A stretch of 64,000 nucleotides of DNA from Auanema rhodensis (Eukaryota > Animalia > Nematoda): contig OZ059894.1 of the NCBI GenBank assembly GCA_964057225.1, positions 3,968,001 to 4,032,000 of the forward strand. Direction: 5' to 3'. Every line of letters starts with the position of its first letter. The first letter of the stretch is position 1. Below the pieces are notes generated by a model. The model worked only from the letters and a program-made list of their open reading frames with translations, was not told the origin of the DNA and did not search any database. A program made the translations under genes and the position numbers. This document shows positions 38,801 through 53,800 of the stretch, piece by piece.

Positions 38801-41800
38801 AAGAATTAATTTTTTCGTTGAATAACATTGTCCATCGTCTTTGCCTTGAAAAAAGGAATCTAAAAACATCTACTTTTCGCTAAATTATTTTGAAATTTTT
38901 GAAAAAATTTTTGTCAAAATGTTTTTGGAAGCAATGTTGAGTGTACATGGAAACTCAACATACACTAATGCATCATTTTTCAAACGATCATAACTAATTT
39001 TTGTATTGAGCGTTTCTCAATGTAGTATAAAGCATTCGATGCGGATTTTTAAGCTGCGTCGATCTGTGTTATCAGATTTGCGCTAGCTTAAAAATGCACC
39101 GAGATATCAACTGATATAAGTTCACACTTATATCCTCGATTTTCACCCTGAAGAATTAATTTTTTCGCTGAATAACATTGTCCATCGTCTTTGCCTTAAA
39201 AAATGGAATCTAAAAACATCTACTTTTTGCTAAATTATTTTGAAATTTTTCGAAAAAATTTTTGTCAAAATGTTTTTGGAAGCAATGTTGAGTGTACATG
39301 GAAACTCAACATACACTAATGCATCATTTTTCAAACGATCATAACTAATTTTTGTATTGAGCGTTTCTCAATGTAGTATAAAGCATTCGATGCGGATTTT
39401 TAAGCTGCGTCGATCTGTGTTATCAGATTTGCGCTAGCTTAAAAATGCACCGAGATATCAACTGATATAAGTTCACACTTATATCCTCGATTTTCACCCT
39501 GAAGAATTAATTTTTTCGCTGAATAACATTGTCCATCGTCTTTGCCTTAAAAAATGGAATCTAAAAACATCTACTTTTTGCTAAATTATTTTGAAATTTT
39601 TCGAAAAAATTTTTGTCAAAATGTTTTTGGAAGCAATGTTGAGTGTACATGGAAACTCAACATACACTAATGCATCATTTTTCAAACGATCATAACTAAT
39701 TTTTGTATTGAGCGTTTCTCAATGTAGTATAAAGCATTCGATGCGGATTTTTAAGCTGCGTCGATCTGTGTTATCAGATTTGCGCTAGCTTAAAAATGCA
39801 CCGAGATATCAACTGATATAAGTTCACACTTATATCCTCGATTTTCACCCTGAAGAATTAATTTTTTTGTTGAATAACATCGTCCATCGTCTTTGCCTTG
39901 AAAAAAGGAATCTAAAAACATCTACTTTTTGCTAAATTATTTTGAAATTTTTCGAAAAAATTTTTGTCAAAATGTTTTTGGAAGCAATGTTGAGTGTACA
40001 TGGAAACTCAACATACACTAATGCATCATTTTTCAAACGATCATAACTAATTTTTGTATTAAGCGTTCTTCCATGTAGTATAGTGCATTCGATGCGGATT
40101 TTTTAGCTGCGTCGATCTGTGTTATCAGATTTGCGCTAGCTTAAAAATGTACCGAGATATCAACTGATATAAGTTCACACTTATATCTTCGATTTTCACC
40201 CTGAAGAATTAATTTTTTCGTTGAATAACATTGTCCATCGTCTTTGCCTTGAAAAAAGGAATCTAAAAACATCTACTTTTCGCTAAATTATTTTGAAATT
40301 TTTGAAAAAATTTTTGTCAAAATGTTTTTGGAAGCAATGTTGAGTGTACATGGAAACTCAACATACACTAATGCATCATTTTTCAAACGATCATAACTAA
40401 TTTTTGTATTAAGCGTTTCTCAATGTAGTATAGTGCATTCGATGCGGATTTTTAAGCTGCGTCGATCTGTGTTATCAGATTTGCGCTAGCTTAAAAATGC
40501 ACCGAGATATCAACTGATATAAGTTCACACTTATATCCTCGATTTTCACCCTGAAGAAATAATTTTTTCGTTGAATAACATTGTCCATCGTCTTTGCCTT
40601 GAAAAAAGGAATCTAAAAACATCTACTTTTTGCTAAATTATTTTGAAATTTTTCGAAAAAATTTTTGTCAAAATGTTTTTGGAAGCAATGTTGAGTGTAC
40701 ATGGAAACTCAACATACACTAATGCATCATTTTTCAAACGATCATAACTAATTTTTGTATTAAGCGTTTCTCAATGTAGTTTAGTGCATTCGATGCGGAT
40801 TTTTTAGCTGCGTCGATCTGTGTTATCAGATTTGCGCTAGCTTAAAAATGTACCGAGATATCAACTGATATAAGTTCACACTTATATCCTCGATTTTCAC
40901 CCTGAAGAATTAATTTTTTCGTTGAATAACATTGTCCATCGTCTTTGCCTTGAAAAAAGGAATCTAAAAACATCTACTTTTCGCTAAATTATTTTGAAAT
41001 TTTTCGAAAAAATTTTTGTCAAAATGTTTTTGGAAGCAATGTTGAGTGTACATGGAAACTCAACATACACTAATGCATCATTTTTCAAACGATCATAACT
41101 AATTTTTGTATTAAGCGTTTCTCAATGTAGTATAGTGCATTCGATGCGGATTTTTAAGCTGCGTCGATCTGTGTTATCAGATTTGCGCTAGCTTAAAAAT
41201 GCACCGAGATATCAACTGATATAAGTTCACACTTATATCCTCGATTTTCACCCTGAAGAAATAATTTTTTCGTTGAATAACATTGTCCATCGTCTTTGCC
41301 TTGAAAAAAGGAATCTAAAAACATCTACTTTTCGCTAAATTATCTTGAAATTTTTCGAAAAAATTTTTGTCAAAATGTTTTTGGAAGCAATGTTGAGTGT
41401 ACATGGAAACTCAACATACACTAATGCATCATTTTTCAAACGATCATAACTAATTTTTGTATTAAGCGTTTCTCAATGTAGTATAGTGCATTCGATGCGG
41501 ATTTTTAAGCTGCGTCGATCTGTGTTATCAGATTTGCGCTAGCTTAAAAATGCACCGAGATATCAACTGATATAAGTTCACACTTATATCCTCGATTTTC
41601 ACCCTGAAGAAATAATTTTTTCGTTGAATAACATTGTCCATCGTCTTTGCCTTGAAAAAAGGAATCTAAAAACATCTACTTTTTGCTAAATTATTTTGAA
41701 ATTTTTCGAAAAAATTTTTGTCAAAATGTTTTTGGAAGCAATGTTGAGTGTACATGGAAACTCAACATACACTAATGCATCATTTTTCAAACGATCATAA

Positions 41801-44548
41801 CTAATTTTTGTATTAAGCGTTTCTCAATGTAGTTTAGTGCATTCGATGCGGATTTTTTAGCTGCGTCGATCTGTGTTATCAGATTTGCGCTAGCTTAAAA
41901 ATGTACCGAGATATCAACTGATATAAGTTCACACTTATATCCTCGATTTTCACCCTGAAGAATTAATTTTTTCGTTGAATAACATTGTCCATCGTCTTTG
42001 CCTTGAAAAAAGGAATCTAAAAACATCTACTTTTCGCTAAATTATTCTGAAATTTTTCGAAAAAATTTTTGTCAAAATGTTTTTGGAAGCAATGTTGAGT
42101 GTACATGGAAACTCAACATACACTAATGCATCATTTTTCAAACGATCATAACTAATTTTTGTATTAAGCGTTTCTCAATGTAGTATAGTGCATTCGATGC
42201 GGATTTTTAAGCTGCGTCGATCTGTGTTATCAGATTTGCGCTAGCTTAAAAATGCACCGAGATATCAACTGATATAAGTTCACACTTATATCCTCGATTT
42301 TCACCCTGAAGAAATAATTTTTTCGTTGAATAACATCGTCCATCGTCTTTGCCTTGAAAAAAGAAATCTAAAAACATCTACTTTTTGCTAAATTATTTTG
42401 AAATTTTTCGAAAAAATTTTTGTCAAAATGTTTTTGGAAGCAATGTTGAGTGTACATGGAAACTCAACATACACTAATGCATCATTTTTCAAACGATCAT
42501 AACTAATTTTTGTATCAAGCGTTTCTCAATGTAGTTTAGTGCATTCGATGCGGATTTTTAAGCTGCGTCGATCTGTGTTATCAGATTTGCGCTAGCTTAA
42601 AAATGCACCGAGATATCAACTGATATAAGTTCACACTTATATCCTCGATTTTCACCCTGAAGAATTAATTTTTTCGTTGAATAACATTGTCCATCGTCTT
42701 TGCCTTGAAAAAAGGAATCTAAAAACATCTACTTTTTGCTAAATTATTTTGAAATTTTTCGAAAAAATTTTTGTCAAAATGTTTTTGGAAGCGATGTTGA
42801 GTGTACATGGAAACTCAACATACACTAATGCATCATTTTTCAAACGATCATAACTAATTTTTGTATTAAGCGTTTCTCAATGTAGTATAGTGCATTCGAT
42901 GCGGATTTTTAAGCTGCGTCGATCTGTGTTATCAGATTTGCGCTAGCTTAAAAATGCACCGAGATATCAACTGATATAAGTTCACACTTATATCCTCGAT
43001 TTTCACCCTGAAGAAATAATTTTTTCGTTGAATAACATCGTCCATCGTCTTTGCCTTGAAAAAAGAAATCTAAAAACATCTACTTTTTGCTAAATTATTT
43101 TGAAATTTTTCGAAAAAATTTTTGTCAAAATGTTTTTGGAAGCAATGTTGAGTGTACATGGAAACTCAACATACACTAATGCATCATTTTTCAAACGATC
43201 ATAACTAATTTTTGTATCAAGCGTTTCTCAATGTAGTTTAGTGCATTCGATGCGGATTTTTAAGCTGCGTCGATCTGTGTTATCAGATTTGCGCTAGCTT
43301 AAAAATGCACCGAGATATCAACTGATATAAGTTCACACTTATATCCTCGATTTTCACCCTGAAGAATTAATTTTTTCGTTGAATAACATTGTCCATCGTC
43401 TTTGCCTTGAAAAAAGGAATCTAAAAACATCTACTTTTTGCTAAATTATTTTGAAATTTTTCGAAAAAATTTTTGTCAAAATGTTTTTGGAAGCGATGTT
43501 GAGTGTACATGGAAACTCAACATACACTAATGCATCATTTTTCAAACGATCATAACTAATTTTTGTATTAAGCGTTTCTCAATGTAGTATAGTGCATTCG
43601 ATGCGGATTTTTTAGCTGCGTCGATCTGTGTTATCAGATTTGCGCTAGCTTAAAAATGTACCGAGATATCAACTGATATAAGTTCACACTTATATCCTCG
43701 ATTTTCACCCTGAAGAATTAATTTTTTCGTTGAATAACATTGTCCATCGTCTTTGCCTTGAAAAAAGGAATCTAAAAACATCTACTTTTCGCTAAATTAT
43801 TTTGAAATTTTTCGAAAAAATTTTTGTCAAAATGTTTTTGGAAGCAATGTTGAGTGTACATGGAAACTCAACATACACTAATGCATCATTTTTCAAACGA
43901 TCATAACTAATTTTTGTATTAAGCGTTTCTCAATGTAGTATAGTGCATTCGATGCGGATTTTTAAGCTGCGTCGATCTGTGTTATCAGATTTGCGCTAGC
44001 TTAAAAATGCACCGAGATATCAACTGATATAAGTTCACACTTATATCCTCGATTTTCACCCTGAAGAAATAATTTTTTCGTTGAATAACATTGTCCATCG
44101 TCTTTGCCTTGAAAAAAGGAATCTAAAAACATCTACTTTTTGCTAAATTATTTCGAAATTTTTCGAAAAAATTTTTGTCAAAATGTTTTTGGAAGCAATG
44201 TTGAGTGTACATGGAAACTCAACATACACTAATGCATCATTTTTCAAACGATCATAACTAATTTTTGTATTAAGCGTTTCTCAATGTAGTATAGTGCATT
44301 CGATGCGGATTTTTTAGCTGCGTCGATCTGTGTTATCAGATTTGCGCTAGCTTAAAAATGTACCGAGATATCAACTGATATAAGTTCACACTTATATCCT
44401 CGATTTTCACCCTGAAGAATTAATTTTTTCGTTGAATAACATTGTCCATCGTCTTTGCCTTGAAAAAAGGAATCTAAAAACATCTACTTTTCGCTAAATT
44501 ATTTTGAAATTTTTCGAAAAAATTTTTGTCAAAATGTTTTTGGAAGCA

Positions 44549-47500
44549 ATGTTGAGTGTACATGGAAACTCAACATACACTAATGCATCATTTTTCAAAC
44601 GATCATAACTAATTTTTGTATTAAGCGTTTCTCAATGTAGTATAGTGCATTCGATGCGGATTTTTAAGCTGCGTCGATCTGTGTTATCAGATTTGCGCTA
44701 GCTTAAAAATGCACCGAGATATCAACTGATATAAGTTCACACTTATATCCTCGATTTTCACCCTGAAGAAATAATTTTTTCGTTGAATAACATCGTCCAT
44801 CGTCTTTGCCTTGAAAAAAGGAATCTAAAAACATCTACTTTTTGCTAAATTATTTTGAAATTTTTCGAAAAAATTTTTGTCAAAATGTTTTTGGAAGCAA
44901 TGTTGAGTGTACATGGAAACTCAACATACACTAATGCATCATTTTTCAAACGATCATAACTAATTTTTGTATCAAGCGTTTCTCAATGTAGTTAAGTGCA
45001 TTCGATGCGGATTTTTAAGCTGCGTCGATCTGTGTTATCAGATTTGCGCTAGCTTAAAAATGCACCGAGATATCAACTGATATAAGTTCACACTTATATC
45101 CTCGATTTTCACCCTGAAGAATTAATTTTTTCGTTGAATAACATTGTTTATCGTTTTTGCCTTGAAAAAAGGAATCTAAAAACATCTACTTTTTGCTGAA
45201 TTATTCTGAATTTTTTCGAAAAAATTTTTGTCAAAATGTTTTTGGAAGCGATGTTGAGTGTACATGGAAACTCAACATACACTAATGCATCATTTTTCAA
45301 ACGATCATAACTAATTTTTGTATTAAGCGTTTCTCAATGTAGTATAGTGCATTCGATGCGGATTTTTTAGCTGCGTCGATCTGTGTTATCAGATTTGCGC
45401 TAGCTTAAAAATGTACCGAGATATCAACTGATATAAGTTCACACCTATATCCTCGATTTTCACCCTGAAGAATTAATTTTTTCGTTGAATAACATTGTCC
45501 ATCGTCTTTGCCTTGAAAAAAGGAATCTAAAAACATCTACTTTTCGCTAAATTATTTTGAAATTTTTTGAAAAAATTTTTGTCAAAATGTTTTTGGAAGC
45601 AATGTTGAGTGTACATGGAAACTCAACATACACTAATGCATCATTTTTCAAACGATCATAACTAATTTTTGTATTAAGCGTTTCTCAATGTAGTATAGTG
45701 CATTCGATGCGGATTTTTAAGCTGCGTCGATCTGTGTTATCAGATTTGCGCTAGCTTAAAAATGCACCGAGATATCAACTGATATAAGTTCACACTTATA
45801 TCCTCGATTTTCACCCTGAAGAAATAATTTTTTCGTTGAATAACATCGTCCATCGTCTTTGCCTTGAAAAAAGGAATCTAAAAACATCTACTTTTTGCTA
45901 AATTATTTTGAAATTTTTCGAAAAAATTTTTGTCAAAATGTTTTTGGAAGCAATGTTGAGTGTACATGGAAACTCAACATACACTAATGCATCATTTTTC
46001 AAACGATCATAACTAATTTTTGTATCAAGCGTTTCTCAATGTAGTTTAGTGCATTCGATGCGGATTTTTAAGCTGCGTCGATCTGTGTTATCAGATTTGC
46101 GCTAGCTTAAAAATGCACCGAGATATCAACTGATATAAGTTCACACTTATATCCTCGATTTTCACCCTGAAGAATTAATTTTTTCGTTGAATAACATTGT
46201 TTATCGTCTTTGCCTTGAAAAAAGGAATCTAAAAACATCTACTTTTTGCTGAATTATTTTGAATTTTTTCGAAAAAATTTTTGTCAAAATGTTTTTGGAA
46301 GCGATGTTGAGTGTACATGGAAACTCAACATACACTAATGCATCATTTTTCAAACGATCATAACTAATTTTTGTATTAAGCGTTTCTCAATGTAGTATAG
46401 TGCATTCGATGCGGATTTTTTAGCTGCGTCGATCTGTGTTATCAGATTTGCGCTAGCTTAAAAATGTACCGAGATATCAACTGATATAAGTTCACACCTA
46501 TATCCTCGATTTTCACCCTGAAGAATTAATTTTTTCGTTGAATAACATTGTCCATCGTCTTTGCCTTGAAAAAAGGAATCTAAAAACATCTACTTTTCGC
46601 TAAATTATTTTGAAATTTTTTGAAAAAATTTTTGTCAAAATGTTTTTGGAAGCAATGTTGAGTGTACATGGAAACTCAACATACACTAATGCATCATTTT
46701 TCAAACGATCATAACTAATTTTTGTATTAAGCGTTTCTCAATGTAGTATAGTGCATTCGATGCGGATTTTTAAGCTGCGTCGATCTGTGATATCAGATTT
46801 GCGCTAGCTTAAAAATGCACCGAGATATCAACTGATATAAGTTCACACTTATATCCTCGATTTTCACCCTGAAGAATTAATTTTTTCGTTGAATAACATT
46901 GTTTATCGTCTTTGCCTTGAAAAAAGGAATCTAAAAACATCTACTTTTTGCTGAATTATTTTGAATTTTTTCGAAAAAATTTTTGTCAAAATGTTTTTGG
47001 AAGCGATGTTGAGTGTACATGGAAACTCAACATACACTAATGCATCATTTTTCAAACGATCATAACTAATTTTTGTATTAAGCGTTTCTCAATGTAGTAT
47101 AGTGCATTCGATGCGGATTTTTTAGCTGCGTCGATCTGTGTTATCAGATTTGCGCTAGCTTAAAAATGTACCGAGATATCAACTGATATAAGTTCACACC
47201 TATATCCTCGATTTTCACCCTGAAGAATTAATTTTTTCGTTGAATAACATTGTCCATCGTCTTTGCCTTGAAAAAAGGAATCTAAAAACATCTACTTTTC
47301 GCTAAATTATTTTGAAATTTTTTGAAAAAATTTTTGTCAAAATGTTTTTGGAAGCAATGTTGAGTGTACATGGAAACTCAACATACACTAATGCATCATT
47401 TTTCAAACGATCATAACTAATTTTTGTATTAAGCGTTTCTCAATGTAGTATAGTGCATTCGATGCGGATTTTTAAGCTGCGTCGATCTGTGATATCAGAT

Positions 47501-50500
47501 TTGCGCTAGCTTAAAAATGCACCGAGATATCAACTGATATAAGTTCACACTTATATCCTCGATTTTCACCCTGAAGAAATAATTTTTTCGTTGAATAACA
47601 TTGTCCATCGTCTTTGCCTTGAAAAAAGGAATCTAAAAACATCTACTTTTTGCTAAATTATTTTGAAATTTTTCGAAAAAATTTTTGTCAAAATGTTTTT
47701 GGAAGCGATGTTGAGTGTACATGGAAACTCAACATACACTAATGCATCATTTTTCAAACGATCATAACTAATTTTTGTATTGAGCGTTTCTCAATGTAGT
47801 ATAGTGCATTCGATGCGGATTTTTTAGCTGCGTCGATCTGTGTTATCAGATTTGCGCTAGCTTAAAAATGTACCGAGATATCAACTGATATAAGTTCACA
47901 CTTATATCCTCGATTTTCACCCTGAAGAATTAATTTTTTCGTTGAATAACATTGTCCATCGTCTTTGCCTTGAAAAAAGGAATCTAAAAACATCTACTTT
48001 TTGCTAAATTATTTTGAAATTTTTCGAAAAAATTTTTGTCAAAATGTTTTTGGAAGCAATGTTGAGTGTACATGGAAACTCAACATACACTAATGCATCA
48101 TTTTTCAAACGATCATAACTAATTTTTGTATTAAGCGTTTCTCAATGTAGTATAGTGCATTCGATGCGGATTTTTAAGCTGCGTCGATCTGTGTTATCAG
48201 GTTTGCGCTAGCTTAAAAATGCACCGAGATATCAACTGATATAAGTTCACACTTATATCCTCGATTTTCACCCTGAAGAAATAATTTTTTCGTTGAATAA
48301 CATCGTCCATCGTCTTTGCCTTGAAAAAAGGAATCTAAAAACATCTACTTTTTGCTAAATTATTTTGAAATTTTTCGAAAAAATTTTTGTCAAAATGTTT
48401 TTGGAAGCAATGTTGAGTGTACATGGAAACTCAACATACACTAATGCATCATTTTTCAAACGATCATAACTAATTTTTGTATCAAGCGTTTCTCAATGTA
48501 GTTAAGTGCATTCGATGCGGATTTTTAAGCTGCGTCGATCTGTGTTATCAGATTTGCGCTAGCTTAAAAATGCACCGAGATATCAACTGATATAAGTTCA
48601 CACTTATATCCTCGATTTTCACCCTGAAGAATTAATTTTTTCGTTGAATAACATTGTTTATCGTTTTTGCCTTGAAAAAAGGAATCTAAAAACATCTACT
48701 TTTTGCTGAATTATTCTGAATTTTTTCGAAAAAATTTTTGTCAAAATGTTTTTGGAAGCGATGTTGAGTGTACATGGAAACTCAACATACACTAATGCAT
48801 CATTTTTCAAACGATCATAACTAATTTTTGTATTAAGCGTTTCTCAATGTAGTATAGTGCATTCGATGCGGATTTTTTAGCTGCGTCGATCTGTGTTATC
48901 AGATTTGCGCTAGCTTAAAAATGTACCGAGATATCAACTGATATAAGTTCACACCTATATCCTCGATTTTCACCCTGAAGAATTAATTTTTTCGTTGAAT
49001 AACATTGTCCATCGTCTTTGCCTTGAAAAAAGGAATCTAAAAACATCTACTTTTCGCTAAATTATTTTGAAATTTTTTGAAAAAATTTTTGTCAAAATGT
49101 TTTTGGAAGCAATGTTGAGTGTACATGGAAACTCAACATACACTAATGCATCATTTTTCAAACGATCATAACTAATTTTTGTATTAAGCGTTTCTCAATG
49201 TAGTATAGTGCATTCGATGCGGATTTTTAAGCTGCGTCGATCTGTGTTATCAGATTTGCGCTAGCTTAAAAATGCACCGAGATATCAACTGATATAAGTT
49301 CACACTTATATCCTCGATTTTCACCCTGAAGAAATAATTTTTTCGTTGAATAACATCGTCCATCGTCTTTGCCTTGAAAAAAGGAATCTAAAAACATCTA
49401 CTTTTTGCTAAATTATTTTGAAATTTTTCGAAAAAATTTTTGTCAAAATGTTTTTGGAAGCAATGTTGAGTGTACATGGAAACTCAACATACACTAATGC
49501 ATCATTTTTCAAACGATCATAACTAATTTTTGTATCAAGCGTTTCTCAATGTAGTTTAGTGCATTCGATGCGGATTTTTAAGCTGCGTCGATCTGTGTTA
49601 TCAGATTTGCGCTAGCTTAAAAATGCACCGAGATATCAACTGATATAAGTTCACACTTATATCCTCGATTTTCACCCTGAAGAATTAATTTTTTCGTTGA
49701 ATAACATTGTTTATCGTCTTTGCCTTGAAAAAAGGAATCTAAAAACATCTACTTTTTGCTGAATTATTTTGAATTTTTTCGAAAAAATTTTTGTCAAAAT
49801 GTTTTTGGAAGCGATGTTGAGTGTACATGGAAACTCAACATACACTAATGCATCATTTTTCAAACGATCATAACTAATTTTTGTATTAAGCGTTTCTCAA
49901 TGTAGTATAGTGCATTCGATGCGGATTTTTTAGCTGCGTCGATCTGTGTTATCAGATTTGCGCTAGCTTAAAAATGTACCGAGATATCAACTGATATAAG
50001 TTCACACCTATATCCTCGATTTTCACCCTGAAGAATTAATTTTTTCGTTGAATAACATTGTCCATCGTCTTTGCCTTGAAAAAAGGAATCTAAAAACATC
50101 TACTTTTCGCTAAATTATTTTGAAATTTTTTGAAAAAATTTTTGTCAAAATGTTTTTGGAAGCAATGTTGAGTGTACATGGAAACTCAACATACACTAAT
50201 GCATCATTTTTCAAACGATCATAACTAATTTTTGTATTAAGCGTTTCTCAATGTAGTATAGTGCATTCGATGCGGATTTTTAAGCTGCGTCGATCTGTGA
50301 TATCAGATTTGCGCTAGCTTAAAAATGCACCGAGATATCAACTGATATAAGTTCACACTTATATCCTCGATTTTCACCCTGAAGAAATAATTTTTTCGTT
50401 GAATAACATTGTCCATCGTCTTTGCCTTGAAAAAAGGAATCTAAAAACATCTACTTTTTGCTAAATTATTTTGAAATTTTTCGAAAAAATTTTTGTCAAA

Positions 50501-50866
50501 ATGTTTTTGGAAGCGATGTTGAGTGTACATGGAAACTCAACATACACTAATGCATCATTTTTCAAACGATCATAACTAATTTTTGTATTGAGCGTTTCTC
50601 AATGTAGTATAGTGCATTCGATGCGGATTTTTTAGCTGCGTCGATCTGTGTTATCAGATTTGCGCTAGCTTAAAAATGTACCGAGATATCAACTGATATA
50701 AGTTCACACTTATATCCTCGATTTTCACCCTGAAGAATTAATTTTTTCGTTGAATAACATTGTCCATCGTCTTTGCCTTGAAAAAAGGAATCTAAAAACA
50801 TCTACTTTTTGCTAAATTATTTTGAAATTTTTCGAAAAAATTTTTGTCAAAATGTTTTTGGAAGCA
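44549..50866. repeat. 10-monomer-spaced (3510 bp) duplication
   Basis: Private variants gttaagtgc at 44991/48501 and tcgtttttgc at 45151/48661 are paired, together with acacctat at 45441/48951. Boundaries are approximate. Confidence 0.85.
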
Positions 50867-53800
50867 ATGTTGAGTGTACATGGAAACTCAACATACACTA
50901 ATGCATCATTTTTCAAACGATCATAACTAATTTTTGTATTAAGCGTTTCTCAATGTAGTATAGTGCATTCGATGCGGATTTTTAAGCTGCGTCGATCTGT
51001 GTTATCAGGTTTGCGCTAGCTTAAAAATGCACCGAGATATCAACTGATATAAGTTCACACTTATATCCTCGATTTTCACCCCGAAGAATTAATTTTTTCG
51101 TTGAATAACAATGTCCATCGTCTTTGCCTTGAAAAAAGGAATCTAAAAACATCTACTTTTTGCTAAATTATTTCGAAATTTTTCGAAAAAATTTTTGTTA
51201 AAATGTTTTTGGAAGCAATGTTGAGTGTACATGGAAACTCAACATACACTAATGCATCATTTTTCAAACGATCATAACTTATTTTTGTAACAAGCGTTTC
51301 TCAATGTAGTATAGTGCATTCGATGCGGATTTTTAAGCTGCGTCGATCTGTGTTATCAGTTTTGCGCTAGCTTAAAAATGCACCGAGATATCAACTGATA
51401 TAAGTTCACACTTATATCCTCGATTTTCACCCTGAAGAATTAATTTTTTCGTTGAATAACATTGTCCATCGTCTTTGCCTTGAAAAAAGGAATCTAAAAA
51501 CATCTACTTTTTGCTAAATTATTTTGAAATTTTTCGAAAAAATTTTTGTCAAAATGTTTTTGGAAGCAATGTTGAGTGTACATGGAAACTCAACATACAC
51601 TAATGCATCATTTTTCAAACGATCATAACTAATTTTTGTATTAAGCGTTTCTCAATGTAGTATAGTGCATTCGATGCGGATTTTTAAGCTGCGTCGATCT
51701 GTGTTATCAGGTTTGCGCTAGCTTAAAAATGCACCGAGATATCAACTGATATAAGTTCACACTTATATCCTCGATTTTCACCCCGAAGAATTAATTTTTT
51801 CGTTGAATAACAATGTCCATCGTCTTTGCCTTGAAAAAAGGAATCTAAAAACATCTACTTTTTGCTAAATTATTTCGAAATTTTTCGAAAAAATTTTTGT
51901 TAAAATGTTTTTGGAAGCAATGTTGAGTGTACATGGAAACTCAACATACACTAATGCATCATTTTTCAAACGATCATAACTTATTTTTGTAACAAGCGTT
52001 TCTCAATGTAGTATAGTGCATTCGATGCGGATTTTTAAGCTGCGTCGATCTGTGTTATCAGTTTTGCGCTAGCTTAAAAATGCACCGAGATATCAACTGA
52101 TATAAGTTCACACTTATATCCTCGATTTTCACCCTGAAGAATTAATTTTTTCGTTGAATAACATTGTCCATCGTCTTTGCCTTGAAAAAAGGAATCTAAA
52201 AACATCTACTTTTTGCTAAATTATTTTGAAATTTTTCGAAAAAATTTTTGTCAAAATGTTTTTGGAAGCAATGTTGAGTGTACATGGAAACTCAACATAC
52301 ACTAATGCATCATTTTTCAAACGATCATAACTAATTTTTGTATTAAGCGTTTCTCAATGTAGTATAGTGCATTCGATGCGGATTTTTAAGCTGCGTCGAT
52401 CTGTGTTATCAGGTTTGCGCTAGCTTAAAAATGCACCGAGATATCAACTGATATAAGTTCACACTTATATCCTCGATTTTCACCCTGAAGAATTAATTTT
52501 TTCGTTGAATAACATTGTCCATCGTCTTTGCCTCGAAAAATGGAATCTAAAAACATCTACTTTTTGCTAAATTATTCTGAAATTTTTCGAAAAAATTTTT
52601 GTCAAAATGTTTTTGGAAGCAATGTTGAGTGTACATGGAAACTCAACATACACTAATGCATCATTTTTCAAACGATCATAACTAATTTTTGTATTAAGCG
52701 TTTCTCAATGTAGTATAGTGCATTCGATGCGGATTTTTAAGCTGCGTCGATCTGTGTTATCAGATTTGCGCTAGCTTAAAAATGCACCGAGATATCAACT
52801 GATATAAGTTCACACTTATATCCTCGATTTTCACCCTGAAGAATTAATTTTTTCGTTGAATAACATTGTCCATCGTCTTTGCCTTGAAAAATGGAATCTA
52901 AAAACATCTACTTTTTGCTAAATTATTCTGAAATTTTTCGAAAAAATTTTTGTCAAAATGTTTTTGGAAGCAATGTTGAGTGTACATGGAAACTCAACAT
53001 ACACTAATGCATCATTTTTCAAACGATCATAACTTATTTTTGTAACAAGCGTTTCTCAATGTAGTATAGTGCATTCGATGCGGATTTTTAAGCTGCGTCG
53101 ATCTGTGTTATCAGTTTTGCGCTAGCTTAAAAATGCACCGAGATATCAACTGATATAAGTTCACACTTATATCCTCGATTTTCACCCTGAAGAATTAATT
53201 TTTTCGTTGAATAACATTGTCCATCGTCTTTGCCTTGAAAAAAGGAATCTAAAAACATCTACTTTTTGCTAAATTATTCTGAAATTTTTCGAAAAAATTT
53301 TTGTCAAAATGTTTTTGGAAGCAATGTTGAGTGTACATGGAAACTCAACATACACTAATGCATCATTTTTCAAACGATCATAACTAATTTTTGTATTAAG
53401 CGTTTCTCAAAGTAGTATAGTGCATTCGATGCGGATTTTCAAGCTGCGTCGATCTGTGTTATCAGGTTTGCGCTAGCTTAAAAATGCACCGAGATATCAA
53501 CTGATATAAGTTCACACATATATCCTCGATTTTCACCCCGAAGAATTAATTTTTTCGTTGAATAACAATGTCCATCGTCTTTGCCTTGAAAAAAGGAATC
53601 TAAAAACATCTACTTTTTGCTAAATTATTTCGAAATTTTTCGAAAAAATTTTTGTTAAAATGTTTTTGGAAGCAATGTTGACTGTACATGGAAACTCAAC
53701 ATACACTAATGCATCATTTTTCAAACGATCATAACTAATTTTTGTATTAAGCGTTTCTCAATGTAGTATAGTGCATTCGATGCGGATTTTTAAGCTGCGT

